NCBI GenBank assembly: GCA_018302985.1
Contig: JAGVZA010000015.1
Span: 1,471 to 65,470, forward strand
Direction of reading: 5' to 3'
DNA: 64,000 nucleotides
Source: Candidatus Woesearchaeota archaeon
GTDB taxonomy: Archaea > Nanobdellota > Nanobdellia > SCGC-AAA011-G17 > UBA489
Shown here: positions 17,599-26,895 of the stretch, piece after piece
Numbering within the stretch: the first letter of the stretch is position 1
How the letters are laid out: every line of letters begins with the position of its first letter
The notes under the pieces: generated by a model
What the model was told of the DNA's origin: nothing
What the model saw: the letters and a program-made list of their open reading frames with translations, nothing else
Database searches by the model: none
Made by a program: the position numbers and the translations under genes

Positions 17599-20435
17599 TT
17601 TTTGAACGCTATTTCCACTTCTTTTTCTTTAATCTGCTCTTTCTTGACTAGAGAGTATCCTACTATCTTTTCTCCTTTTTTTATCCATGTTAAAGTTTTC
17701 GCTCCAACCTTTTGCTTTAATTCTTCTTCGAATGCTGTAAGGTTTTCTTCCATACTTATAACTAACTGGATACGATCATCAATATTCATGCCTTGTGCTT
17801 TACGATATCCATTTACAATTCTAATGAGCTCACGGACCATACCTTCTTTCATAAGTTCCGGAGTTATTTTAGTGTCTAATATGATTGTAAAAGTTTCTCC
17901 TTTCTTCTGGACTACTTCTTTAACATTTACTTCTTCAGCAATTAAAGGAAGATAGACCTTATCTAAGTTTATGCCTTGTATTTCTATTTTCGCAAGAATT
18001 TGACGGATGGGTATCTTTGCCTTCTCTCGAGTTTCTAATGCTTTGCTGACGATGTCACGAACTTGCTGCATTTCTTTATTTAACTGTTTGCTCATTTTTT
18101 TGATATCTGCTACAGGCCAGGACTCTAGATGAATAGACTCTGCAAGCTTCTTATTTTCTTTTCGCAAGCATTGTTGTATATCTTCAGCGATAAATGGAGC
18201 TATAGGTGCCATGAGCTTAGCTAAAGTGTGCAACACATATCCTAAAGTCTGAATAGCTTTTTGTTTTTCTTTTTTATCCTCGAATTTAAAACGATCTCTG
18301 CTTCTACGAATATACCATGTTGATATCTCATCAATAAATTGCATGAGCGTGCTTGTAGACGTTACCGTGTCATAAGATTCCATGGCTGTTGTAATCTCTG
18401 TGATAGTAGTGTTTGTTTTACTGACTATCCATTTATCCAGAATATGGTCTGATGAAGAGTTATCCAAAACTACATTTTCTTTACCATATAATTCATAGAA
18501 TGATTTAACATTTTCTGTAAGCATGATCATTTTTCTATAGACTTCTTTCAAAGTTTCTTCATTGAAATTGATATCTTCTGCTTTCATTAAAGGCGAGAGC
18601 ATTAAGTAACAACGAAGTGCATCTGCGCCGTATTTATCAAAAATAACACTTGGATCAGGATAATTTCCTTTTGATTTTGACATTTTCGAACCATCTGAAG
18701 CCAGGATAGTTCCTGTAACCACTACATGCTTAAAGGAAGGCTTATCAAAGAGAAGAACTCCTAACACGTGCATATAGTAAAACCATGTTCTTGTTTGGGC
18801 AATATATTCAGAAATAAAATCTGCTGGGAAATTTTCTTTAAACCATTCTTTATTTTCAAAGGGATAGTGCTTTGCTGCATAAGGCATACTGCCAGATTCA
18901 AACCAACAATCCATCACTTCAGGAATACGATTCATAGTTCCTTTACATTTCATACATTTCAAATGTATTTTGTCAACGACATGTTTGTGAAGATCAAGCT
19001 CCTTCGGAACTTTTTCTAGAGCTTTTTCTGCAAGCTCTTTGACACTACCTATAACGACTAGCTCTGGACATTTGGTGCATTTCCATACAGGAATAGCTGT
19101 TGCCCAGAAACGGTTTCTTGATATACACCAGTCTGGAGCGTTCTCTAGAATATATTTGAAACGTCCTTCTTTAATATGCTCTGGGTGCCAGTTAATATCT
19201 TTATTTTTTTTCAAAATCTTTTCTTTTACTTTTTGAATATCTACAAACCAGGCGTCTAATGCATTATAGAATAGGGGAGTTTCACAGCGGTAACAGAAAG
19301 GATAGGGGTGCATGTATGACTCTGATTTATATAATAAATTTCTTTTTTCCAAATCTTGCAAGACTTTTTCATCTGCTTTTTTGAACCAAAGACCTTGCCA
19401 TTCCTTTGGACCTTGATGCAATTTACCTTGTGTATTCACATGTTGAACAATGGGAAGATCATATTTTTTGATCATACGATAGTCAAATTCTCCATAGAGA
19501 GCCATATGGACTATACCTGTACCTTCAGCAGCTGTTACCTCATTACCACCATCGACAATATGATGTCCTTTTTTGTCTGAAGGAACAACATAGAGAGGCT
19601 CATATTCTTTCTTGATGAGCTTATCTCCTTTGATTTGTTCAACTATTTCATATTTTTCTTTTATCTCTTGTAGTCGATCTTTTGCAAGAATATACTGTTC
19701 TTTATTTTGTTTAATTTTTACATATTGTAATATGGGATTAATAGCTAACGCAACGTTTCCGATTAGGGTCCATGGCGTTGTCGTCCAAGCAAGGAGATAA
19801 GTATCTTTTTCATTTTTTATTTTAAATTTAGCAATTGCAGTTTTTTCAGTGATGTCTTTATAACTATTATCCATAGCTATTTCTGAGGTTGCTAAAGGAG
19901 TCTCACATCTAGGACAATACAACAATACTTTTTTTCCTTCATAGATGAGTTTGTCTTCATAGAGTTTTTTAAATAAGTACCAGATAGTTTCCATATACTC
20001 AGGATCCATGGTTTTATAGGCATTATCAAACTCAATCCATTTTCCCATTCTTGTAATTGTTTTTTTCCATTCTTTAGCGAAAGATAATACTTTAGAGCGA
20101 CAGAACTCGTTGAACTTTTCTATACCCATTTCTTCAATTTGCTTTTTTTCTTTGATGCCTAATTCTTTTTCCGCGATATTTTCAATAGGCAGACCATGAC
20201 AATCCCATCCCCAACGTCTTTCCACCCTGAAACCCTTCATAGTCCAGAATCTTGGGAAGACATCTTTACTGGTTAAACCTAGAATATGACCATAGTGAGG
20301 AGTTCCTGTTGCAAAGGGAGGACCATCATAGAATACATACTGTTTATTTTTTGGCCGTTGCTCTACAGATTTCTCAAAGATCTTGTTTTTTTCCCAAAAA
20401 GTACTGATGGTTTCTTCTCGTTCTTTGTGTCCCAT
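17592..20435 (-). CDS. ileS: isoleucyl-tRNA synthetase
   Basis: PPFATGTPHYGH (HIGH) and KMSKSKGN (KMSKS) motifs, with editing-domain and Zn-like CxxC pairs. 947 aa. Confidence 0.9.
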   Translation of the reverse strand: MGHKEREETISTFWEKNKIFEKSVEQRPKNKQYVFYDGPPFATGTPHYGHILGLTSKDVFPRFWTMKGFRVERRWGWDCHGLPIENIAEKELGIKEKKQIEEMGIEKFNEFCRSKVLSFAKEWKKTITRMGKWIEFDNAYKTMDPEYMETIWYLFKKLYEDKLIYEGKKVLLYCPRCETPLATSEIAMDNSYKDITEKTAIAKFKIKNEKDTYLLAWTTTPWTLIGNVALAINPILQYVKIKQNKEQYILAKDRLQEIKEKYEIVEQIKGDKLIKKEYEPLYVVPSDKKGHHIVDGGNEVTAAEGTGIVHMALYGEFDYRMIKKYDLPIVQHVNTQGKLHQGPKEWQGLWFKKADEKVLQDLEKRNLLYKSESYMHPYPFCYRCETPLFYNALDAWFVDIQKVKEKILKKNKDINWHPEHIKEGRFKYILENAPDWCISRNRFWATAIPVWKCTKCPELVVIGSVKELAEKALEKVPKELDLHKHVVDKIHLKCMKCKGTMNRIPEVMDCWFESGSMPYAAKHYPFENKEWFKENFPADFISEYIAQTRTWFYYMHVLGVLLFDKPSFKHVVVTGTILASDGSKMSKSKGNYPDPSVIFDKYGADALRCYLMLSPLMKAEDINFNEETLKEVYRKMIMLTENVKSFYELYGKENVVLDNSSSDHILDKWIVSKTNTTITEITTAMESYDTVTSTSTLMQFIDEISTWYIRRSRDRFKFEDKKEKQKAIQTLGYVLHTLAKLMAPIAPFIAEDIQQCLRKENKKLAESIHLESWPVADIKKMSKQLNKEMQQVRDIVSKALETREKAKIPIRQILAKIEIQGINLDKVYLPLIAEEVNVKEVVQKKGETFTIILDTKITPELMKEGMVRELIRIVNGYRKAQGMNIDDRIQLVISMEENLTAFEEELKQKVGAKTLTWIKKGEKIVGYSLVKKEQIKEKEVEIAFKKC

Positions 20436-20596
20436 GATACTGAGTTTGATACCTTTCTCCTTCGTTTAAATAGTTTATTATGAGTTTCCATAAAGCTTTT
20501 ATACCTCTTTCTGTGCTTTCTTTTAACGCTGTCAAAGAAATACATACTATTTCTGAGATAAGTGTCATTTACATACAGATAAGGAGAGTACATACA

Positions 20597-20938
20597 ATGG
20601 AAAGATATGGAGATAGTGGAGATCGAGGATATAGAAGACAACCTACAGCACCTATTAAAGTTGGTGACATAGTAGAAGTAACAATTGAAGCAGTTGGAGA
20701 AAAGGGCGATGGTCTAGCAAAGATCAGCGGTTTTGTTCTCTTTATTCCTGGAGTCAAACAGGGCGAAAAGCATATGGTCAAAATCACACGCGTCTTGCGC
20801 AGTGTCGGTTTCGCGGAAGTTGTAACTGGTGAAGCTGCAACTAAAACATCTGCAAATGATGACAACGCTGGCTCTGACGATGATTATCAAGAAGAATCAT
20901 CTGAAGAAGACACGCAAGAAGATTCTGAAGACTTCTAA
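20597..20938 (+). CDS. TRAM-domain protein with acidic C-terminal tail
   Basis: IKVGDIVEVTIEAVGEKGDGLAKISGFVLFIPGVKQGEKHMVKITRV is a TRAM fold signature. The start is taken at ATG 20597, preceded by AAGGAGAG. Confidence 0.75.
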   Translation: MERYGDSGDRGYRRQPTAPIKVGDIVEVTIEAVGEKGDGLAKISGFVLFIPGVKQGEKHMVKITRVLRSVGFAEVVTGEAATKTSANDDNAGSDDDYQEESSEEDTQEDSEDF

Positions 20939-20940
20939 AG

Positions 20941-20963
20941 TCTTCTTTTCTTTTTCTTTTTTT
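20941..20963 (+). terminator. oligo-T termination tract
   Basis: A T-rich run (TCTTCTTTTCTTTTTCTTTTTTT) lies directly after the TRAM stop codon. Confidence 0.4.
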
Positions 20964-20973
20964 ACCACATAAA

Positions 20974-20983
20974 CCTTATAAAT
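20974..20983 (+). promoter_or_regulatory. TATA box for the rfcS-rfcL operon (leaderless)
   Basis: CCTTATAAAT is centred about 25 nt upstream of ATG 21004, with no SD in between. Confidence 0.5.
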
Positions 20984-21003
20984 CGAGCTTCTCTTTTTTA
21001 TTT

Positions 21004-21972
21004 ATGACTGAACAGCAAGCAGATCATCAACTTTGGATTGAGAAATATAGACCACAAACTTTTGCCGAAGTTAAAGGACATACTGAGATTACTAAAAGAT
21101 TACAGGCTTTTGTTGAACAAAAAAACATTCCGCATCTCTTATTTTCTGGTCCTGCGGGTGTTGGAAAAACTACATTGTCTCTGATTATAGCCAAGACCTT
21201 ATTTGGAGACAATTGGCATCATAATTTTCTAGAGCTTAATGCTAGTGATTCAAGAGGTATAGAAGTTATCAGAGAAACAGTAAAAGATTTCGCTCGCACT
21301 AAAGCATTGGGCACTGAATTACCTAAGATTATTCTTCTGGATGAATGTGATGCTCTTACCAAAGAAGCACAGCAAGCATTACGCCGCACTATGGAAACTT
21401 ATACTCGAACTGCACGATTTATTTTATCGGCCAACTTCAGCAGCAAAATTATTGACCCTATTCAATCACGTTGCACTATTTTTCGTTTTAAGCCATTATC
21501 ACAAGAAGATATCAAAAACATTATCATGAATATTAGTAAACGAGAAGGCCTGAAGATTGATGACAAAACTATTGCTGCTGTAAGTACAGTTAGTAAAGGA
21601 GATGCACGTCGAGCTGAGAACATTCTCCAAAGTTGTAGTGCTATCAGTAAGACCATTACAGAAAAATTAGTCTACGAAATTGTCAGCGCTGCACATCCTG
21701 AAGAAATGAAAGAAGTTCTTCAATTAGCAGTACAAGGCTCTTTTATCCAGGCACGTGACAAATTATTAGATGTGATGTTAAAACATGGACTCTCTGGAGA
21801 AGAGATTGTCAAACAAATTCAAGAAACAGTCTGGGATCTTTCCATTACTGATCAAGCAAAGATGCAATTGATTGAAAAATGTGGAGAGATAGAATTTCGC
21901 ATGGTTGAAGGCAGTGATGAGTTCATACAACTTGAAGCACTTTTAGCCAGCTTTGTTCTTGCAAAGAAATGA
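21004..21972 (+). CDS. rfcS: replication factor C small subunit
   Basis: GPAGVGKTT, LLDECDALT and the SRC motif (QSRCTIFRF). 322 aa. Confidence 0.95.
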   Translation: MTEQQADHQLWIEKYRPQTFAEVKGHTEITKRLQAFVEQKNIPHLLFSGPAGVGKTTLSLIIAKTLFGDNWHHNFLELNASDSRGIEVIRETVKDFARTKALGTELPKIILLDECDALTKEAQQALRRTMETYTRTARFILSANFSSKIIDPIQSRCTIFRFKPLSQEDIKNIIMNISKREGLKIDDKTIAAVSTVSKGDARRAENILQSCSAISKTITEKLVYEIVSAAHPEEMKEVLQLAVQGSFIQARDKLLDVMLKHGLSGEEIVKQIQETVWDLSITDQAKMQLIEKCGEIEFRMVEGSDEFIQLEALLASFVLAKK

Positions 21973-23153
21973 CTACTGTTAATTTACCTTTTATCGACAA
22001 GTACAAACCAAAAACCTTGCAACAAATTCAGGGACAATCTCTAGCACTTCAAGAACTACGAACTGCAGTGGTCTCCAAAAAACCAGCACTTCTCTATGGC
22101 CCTGTCGGCTCTGGAAAAACTGCAAGTGTTTATGCTTTAGCCAATGATCTTGGATATGAAATTATTGAAATCAATGCCTCTGATGTTCGCAATAAAGATG
22201 CGATTAATAGTATTATAGGTTCTTCTCTCCAGCAAATGAGTCTCTTTGCCAAAGGGAAAATTATTCTTGTTGATGAAGTAGACGGCATTGCAGGCAATAG
22301 TGATCGTGGAGGAGTTCCTGCCCTCGTCGAGCTCATTAGTGCTGCGAAACAAGCTGTAGTGATGACTGCCAATGATCCCTGGGATTCCAAATTTACTCCG
22401 TTGCGTAAAGTAAGCCGCTTAATTGAATTTGTTTCTCTATCTCCCCAAGTAATAGTTTCTTTCTTACAACAGATTTGCCAACAAGAAAAGATTCAAGCTT
22501 CAGAAGATGTTTTAAAGAAGATTGCACGAAAGGCCAATGGTGACTTGCGTTCTGCTATTCTTGATCTAGAATCTTTAGGACGAGGGACATTAACAATAGC
22601 TGCAGATGATGTTGCACTGCTTGATGATCGTTTACGTGAACAGAGTATGACTGATGCTTTACGCTTAGTGTTTAAAAGTACCAAACCACAAGAGACCTTA
22701 CAAGCTTTTGAACGCGTTGATGCTGATCTTTCTGAAGTACAATTATGGGTTGAAGAGAATTTACCTCGCGAATATACTGGTCAAGATCTGTATCAAGGAT
22801 TTACTTCTTTAAGCAAGGCAGATGTCTTCAATGGAAGGATTTTACGCTGGCAACATTGGCGATTTTTAGTGTATATCAACACTTTACTGACTGCAGGCAT
22901 CTCTCTGGCAAAGCAAGAAAAAACTCCTGGATTTGTAGAATATAAGCGCAATAGCAGAATCTTAAGATATTGGATGGCAAAACAAAAAAGACTCAAACTT
23001 CAAGGCATCTTACAGCAGCTTCCTGGAACGATGCATGGCTCTTCACGACAACTCATGAAAGAAGTGCTACCTTATGTTCGCTTTATGGCTAGAAAAAATA
23101 AGCAATTCAGTTTTGGACTTGAAAAAGAAGATCTTCTTTATCTTGTGAAGTAA
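21969..23153 (+). CDS. rfcL: replication factor C large subunit
   Basis: GPVGSGKTA and LVDEVDGI. ATGA overlap with rfcS. Confidence 0.85.
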   Translation: MTTVNLPFIDKYKPKTLQQIQGQSLALQELRTAVVSKKPALLYGPVGSGKTASVYALANDLGYEIIEINASDVRNKDAINSIIGSSLQQMSLFAKGKIILVDEVDGIAGNSDRGGVPALVELISAAKQAVVMTANDPWDSKFTPLRKVSRLIEFVSLSPQVIVSFLQQICQQEKIQASEDVLKKIARKANGDLRSAILDLESLGRGTLTIAADDVALLDDRLREQSMTDALRLVFKSTKPQETLQAFERVDADLSEVQLWVEENLPREYTGQDLYQGFTSLSKADVFNGRILRWQHWRFLVYINTLLTAGISLAKQEKTPGFVEYKRNSRILRYWMAKQKRLKLQGILQQLPGTMHGSSRQLMKEVLPYVRFMARKNKQFSFGLEKEDLLYLVK

Positions 23154-23192
23154 ATTATATAGTCTAGAATAGTTTTGAACAAACAGAGCAAT

Positions 23193-23202
23193 CTTTATAA
23201 AT
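23193..23202 (+). promoter_or_regulatory. TATA box upstream of the OB-fold gene
   Basis: CTTTATAAAT. The expected TSS is around 23224, downstream of the ORF-track ATG at 23215. AAGGGGG SD at 23227-23233. Confidence 0.45.
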
Positions 23203-23214
23203 CATCTTTAGTCG

Positions 23215-23517
23215 ATGATAGCATCTAAGGGGGTATACTTACAATGCAAATTAGTGAACTCAAAGCAAGACAAGGAAGCAGAAATTACTCAGAAGGGAGA
23301 AGTCCGCACCTTCGATAAATTTGGCAAGCAAGGACGTGTTTGCAACGCAACGATCAAAGATGCTTCTGGTGAAATGAAATTAACCTTATGGAATGAAGAG
23401 ATTGATACCTATAATGTTGGTGATAAAATCAAGATCAGCAATGGTTATGTCAATGAATTCCAAGGCGAAAAACAATTGAGTGCTGGACGCTTCGGCAAAA
23501 TAGAAGTTTTGAAATAA
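23215..23517 (+). CDS. single OB-fold ssDNA-binding protein (N-terminus uncertain or disrupted)
   Basis: OB core GEVRTFDKFGKQGRVCNATIKDASGEMKLTLWNEEID...GYVNEFQGEKQLS. The SD-preceded ATG at 23244 is in a different frame (see findings). Confidence 0.6.
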   Translation: MIASKGVYLQCKLVNSKQDKEAEITQKGEVRTFDKFGKQGRVCNATIKDASGEMKLTLWNEEIDTYNVGDKIKISNGYVNEFQGEKQLSAGRFGKIEVLK

Positions 23518-24540
23518 TTATTCTTTTTCTTCTTTTGGAGTAAAGCGCTCAACTTTTGCTTTGCTGAGCAAATCCTTGACATACAGGTCGATGTTCTTCT
23601 TGTTTTGGTCTTCTATCAAGAACTTTTGAATATCTTCTCTTGCTTCTTCTAAAGAAAGTTTTCCAGCTGCCTTTTTCTCATGCACAATAATCACATGATA
23701 ACCAAACTGGGATTTAACTGGTTCTGATACTTCATCTACGGTTAAAGCAAATGCTACTTTTTCGAACTCTGGAACCATTTGTCCTTTTCCAAAAAAGCCC
23801 AAATTACCACCATTAGCTTTTGCTGAAGGATCTATAGATTTTTCTTTTGCAACTGTGGCGAAGTCTTCTCCATCTTTCAATTGTTGAAGAACTTCTTTAG
23901 CTTCTTCTTCAGTCTTTACTAAAATATGAGAAGCATTTACTTGCTCTTGTGCAATAAAATATTCTTCATTTGCTGCGTAGAAAGCCTCTATTTCCTCTTT
24001 ACTAATGCTTTCTGCTGTCTGTTGCTTATCTGCTAGCAATTGGGTAATCATTAATTGATCTTTAATTTGCGCTCTGAACTCTTCTTTAGTGAGTTGCATC
24101 TTCTCTAATAAAGGATCAATAGGTTGGCCGACTAAGGCTTGTAAATCAGTCAGATATTTATCAACTGCTGCTTCCTCGATTTGAATGTTTTGTTTTTTTG
24201 CTTCTTGAATTAATACTTTTTTAGTAATTAGTTGATCGATAACTTGTGATTGGTTAACTGGGAATCCTTGCTGCTGCGCTTGTGCATATAATTTGTCTAC
24301 TTCACTTGAAGTTATTTTTTCGCCATTTACTTTTGCTACGATTGTTTCATCCATAGTTGATGCTCCTTTATCAGAGACTAGCCATACAATACCTAGGACT
24401 ATAACAAGAAGAATGCCAAGAACAAGGAATAACTTCTTTAAAGAAGGTTTTGCTGTTTTTGCACTTTCATGTACTGTTTTAGTAGTATGATGCTCTGTTG
24501 TCTTCTTATGTATTGCACTCTTTTTCATTCGTTTAGGCAA
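23518..24540 (-). CDS. membrane-anchored parvulin-type peptidyl-prolyl isomerase (PrsA/SurA-like)
   Basis: PpiC domain NASHILVKTEEEAKEV...GGNLGFFGKGQMVPEFE...SQFGYHVIIV. N-terminal TM. The likely real start is ATG 24528 (MKKSAIH). Confidence 0.8.
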   Translation of the reverse strand: MPKRMKKSAIHKKTTEHHTTKTVHESAKTAKPSLKKLFLVLGILLVIVLGIVWLVSDKGASTMDETIVAKVNGEKITSSEVDKLYAQAQQQGFPVNQSQVIDQLITKKVLIQEAKKQNIQIEEAAVDKYLTDLQALVGQPIDPLLEKMQLTKEEFRAQIKDQLMITQLLADKQQTAESISKEEIEAFYAANEEYFIAQEQVNASHILVKTEEEAKEVLQQLKDGEDFATVAKEKSIDPSAKANGGNLGFFGKGQMVPEFEKVAFALTVDEVSEPVKSQFGYHVIIVHEKKAAGKLSLEEAREDIQKFLIEDQNKKNIDLYVKDLLSKAKVERFTPKEEKE

Positions 24541-24541
24541 A

Positions 24542-24560
24542 CCTTTATATCTTTAAAAAG
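24542..24560. promoter_or_regulatory. back-to-back TATA boxes in a 46-bp divergent intergenic gap
   Basis: TTTATAT (24544-24550) lies about 25 nt from ATG 24574 on the plus strand. TTTAAAAA (24552-24559) lies about 25 nt from ATG 24528 on the minus strand. Confidence 0.45.
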
Positions 24561-24573
24561 GTTTCCATTAACT

Positions 24574-25890
24574 ATGGGAAATAAGATCATCATAGGCAGA
24601 AATGAGGCAGACAAGAAAGAGTTTGGTGAAGCTGGCACTGTTTATATTGGAAAATTATTTGTCAATATGGGGCAGACTACTGCACTAAGCAATGAGATTT
24701 TCTTAGATGTTGTGAGAACACATGTCTTGTTGATTTCTGGCAAACGTGGGAGTGGAAAGTCCTATTCAGCTTCAGTTATCGCAGAAGAAATGTCTCGACT
24801 CCCGGCAGATGTGAAAAAGAATATTACTGTTTTGTTTTTTGATACTATGGGTGTTTTTTGGACGATGAAATATCCCAATACTCGTCAAGAAGATCTTTTA
24901 GTAGACTGGTCATTAACTGCAGAAGGATTACCTATTACTTTGTTCACTCCGCAAGGCCATTATCAACAACAGAAAGAGAGAGGCATTCCAGTAGATAAAG
25001 CATTTGCATTAAAAACTTCTGAACTTAGTGCTGGTGATTGGTGTAATGTCTTCGATATTAAATTAACAGATCCTTTAGGGATTGCCATTGAACGTGCTTT
25101 AGATGTAGCACATACACAAAAAAGAAATTATGATATTCCTGATCTTATAGCTACTGTTCAAAAAGATCAAAAAAGTACAAAAGAAGTCAAAGATGCTGTT
25201 GAAAATCGTCTTTTAGGCGCGAAAAAATGGGGACTCTTTGCTGCAGAAGGAACAACGATTGATGCATTATTACAACCCGGCAGCGTCAATGTTTTAGATA
25301 TTAGCACTTATACTAATACTTTAGGTAATTGGAGTGTCAAAGGTTTAATTATTGGATTAATTTCTAGAAAATTATTAGAAGAGCGTATGAAAGCGAGAAA
25401 AATTGAAGAAGTTGCAGAAATTCAAAAACATAAAAGTTACTTTTTTGAAGATGAAGGACAAGAAACCCCCATGGTTTGGATTATGATTGACGAAGCTCAT
25501 GAATTTTTACCCAGAGTTGGCAAAACACCGGCTACTGACGCATTAGTACAGTTATTACGAGAGGGAAGACAACCAGGTATTTCTTTATGTTTAGTTACAC
25601 AACAACCTGGAGAAATTCATCATGATGTTATGACTCAAACTGACATTGTTATTAGCCATAGATTAACTGCACAACGCGATATTGTAGCCTTGAACAGTAT
25701 GATGCAAAGTTATTTGGTGACTGATTTACAAGACTACTTGAATAATTTACCTAGAGATAAAGGAGCTGCATTATTATTGGATGATAATTCTGAAAGGATT
25801 TATCCTATGCGTGTGCATCCGAAAAGAAGTTGGCATGGCGGAGATGCTCCAAGCGCGATTAAGACAAAGAAAAAGATTTTAGAATTTTGA
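24574..25890 (+). CDS. HerA-like / DUF87 P-loop ATPase
   Basis: Walker A SGKRGSGKS, Walker B WIMIDEAHEF, then REGRQPGISLCLVTQQPGEI...ISHRL. The start is taken at ATG 24574 (MGNKIIIG). Confidence 0.75.
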   Translation: MGNKIIIGRNEADKKEFGEAGTVYIGKLFVNMGQTTALSNEIFLDVVRTHVLLISGKRGSGKSYSASVIAEEMSRLPADVKKNITVLFFDTMGVFWTMKYPNTRQEDLLVDWSLTAEGLPITLFTPQGHYQQQKERGIPVDKAFALKTSELSAGDWCNVFDIKLTDPLGIAIERALDVAHTQKRNYDIPDLIATVQKDQKSTKEVKDAVENRLLGAKKWGLFAAEGTTIDALLQPGSVNVLDISTYTNTLGNWSVKGLIIGLISRKLLEERMKARKIEEVAEIQKHKSYFFEDEGQETPMVWIMIDEAHEFLPRVGKTPATDALVQLLREGRQPGISLCLVTQQPGEIHHDVMTQTDIVISHRLTAQRDIVALNSMMQSYLVTDLQDYLNNLPRDKGAALLLDDNSERIYPMRVHPKRSWHGGDAPSAIKTKKKILEF

Positions 25891-25906
25891 AGTACTTATT
25901 GCTAGT

Positions 25907-26647
25907 CTAATTTTTAGGCGCGACCCTTCGGTCTCGCTGGACTACTTGTACCCGACCGTGAGCAACCGAAAACAAAAGCCATTGTTCTTCGCAACCCAGG
26001 ACGTTCCTGCCCCTAAAAGCCCTACGGAGACCAGATTGATCACCAGGAACAAATACTTTAACACCTTTTTCATTGTCTTGTGTTTCAACTAGTGTTCTTG
26101 TTTTAGAATCATAACGCACTCTTGTTTCTTTTGTAAGATAAGGAGCTTCAATTACTTGCTGGAGTTCAGTTTCTACAAAAGTAAATTCATCATGACCTTT
26201 GCTTGCTTTCTTTACCCCTAGACCTGTTACGAAGAAAGGAGATATAACCTGCGATCTACTTTTTCCGAGAAGATCTAATACTCTTGCTGCTAAATTTTTA
26301 TTTTTTCCTTCTTTTGAAAAAAATGTAATTGCATTTGTATCGGCAATTGTTGTGTCTCGTTCAGGAATACTATCGAAATACTGGACAACGTCTACTGGAC
26401 TAGCTACTTGAATTCTGCCGTTAGTAAGTTTGTAAAGAATTTGGTTGTAGCTTAAAGCTCTAGGGACATTTGAAAATCTAATAGGTTGATTTGGTTTATA
26501 TTCTGTAGTGTCTGCTATAGGTGTTCCTGCAAATTGTTCATTGTGAAGTCTGACTACTGCTTGACCTAATTCATCATAGAGGAGATTAAAAATTTGTGGC
26601 TTATGAAAACTATAAGTTGCAAATGGGGAGATTGATTTACGTGTCAT
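25907..26647 (-). CDS. hypothetical protein (family shared with 31739-32467?)
   Basis: 246-aa ORF, uninterrupted in an AT-rich background, with a conspicuously GC-rich 3' portion (25907-26040). No known motif. Confidence 0.5.
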   Translation of the reverse strand: MTRKSISPFATYSFHKPQIFNLLYDELGQAVVRLHNEQFAGTPIADTTEYKPNQPIRFSNVPRALSYNQILYKLTNGRIQVASPVDVVQYFDSIPERDTTIADTNAITFFSKEGKNKNLAARVLDLLGKSRSQVISPFFVTGLGVKKASKGHDEFTFVETELQQVIEAPYLTKETRVRYDSKTRTLVETQDNEKGVKVFVPGDQSGLRRAFRGRNVLGCEEQWLLFSVAHGRVQVVQRDRRVAPKN

Positions 26648-26895
26648 GGTATTCCTTATTTTTATTATGGTTTTTGATGCCTTTGCCTATTTAAAGCTTT
26701 CTATTGTAGTTACTTAAAAGTGGTATATTAATTGCGTGGATGTTTCCTATTTATCCGTTTCTTACGTCATTTTTTCGGCAGTGAGTTCTTTTTTCGCAAT
26801 AGTTGAGCAATTTTTCAGAAATTATCCGACTGGACTCTCTTTATTTTCGAGATTTTACTAGTAAAGTAGTTAACAGTTGAAACACTCATTCTATT

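Noticed and set aside
20480-20596. Upstream extension of the TRAM ORF (MSFHKAFIPLSV...)
   Set aside because: It is hydrophobic, non-conserved-looking sequence that overlaps the ileS promoter region. A strong SD (AAGGAGAG) precedes the internal ATG at 20597.
24469-24573. Upstream extension of the HerA-like ORF (MYCFSSMMLCC...)
   Set aside because: It overlaps the divergent PPIase gene. The family N-terminus MGNKIIIG starts at 24574, with a TATA box 25 nt upstream.
25907-26040. GC-rich segment with a GACC-CTTC-GGTC hairpin as a hidden structured RNA gene (SRP, RNase P or tRNA fragment)
   Set aside because: No conserved SRP, RNase P or tRNA motifs were recognised. The segment lies in an uninterrupted 246-codon frame, which is improbable by chance in this AT-rich genome, so it was kept as coding.
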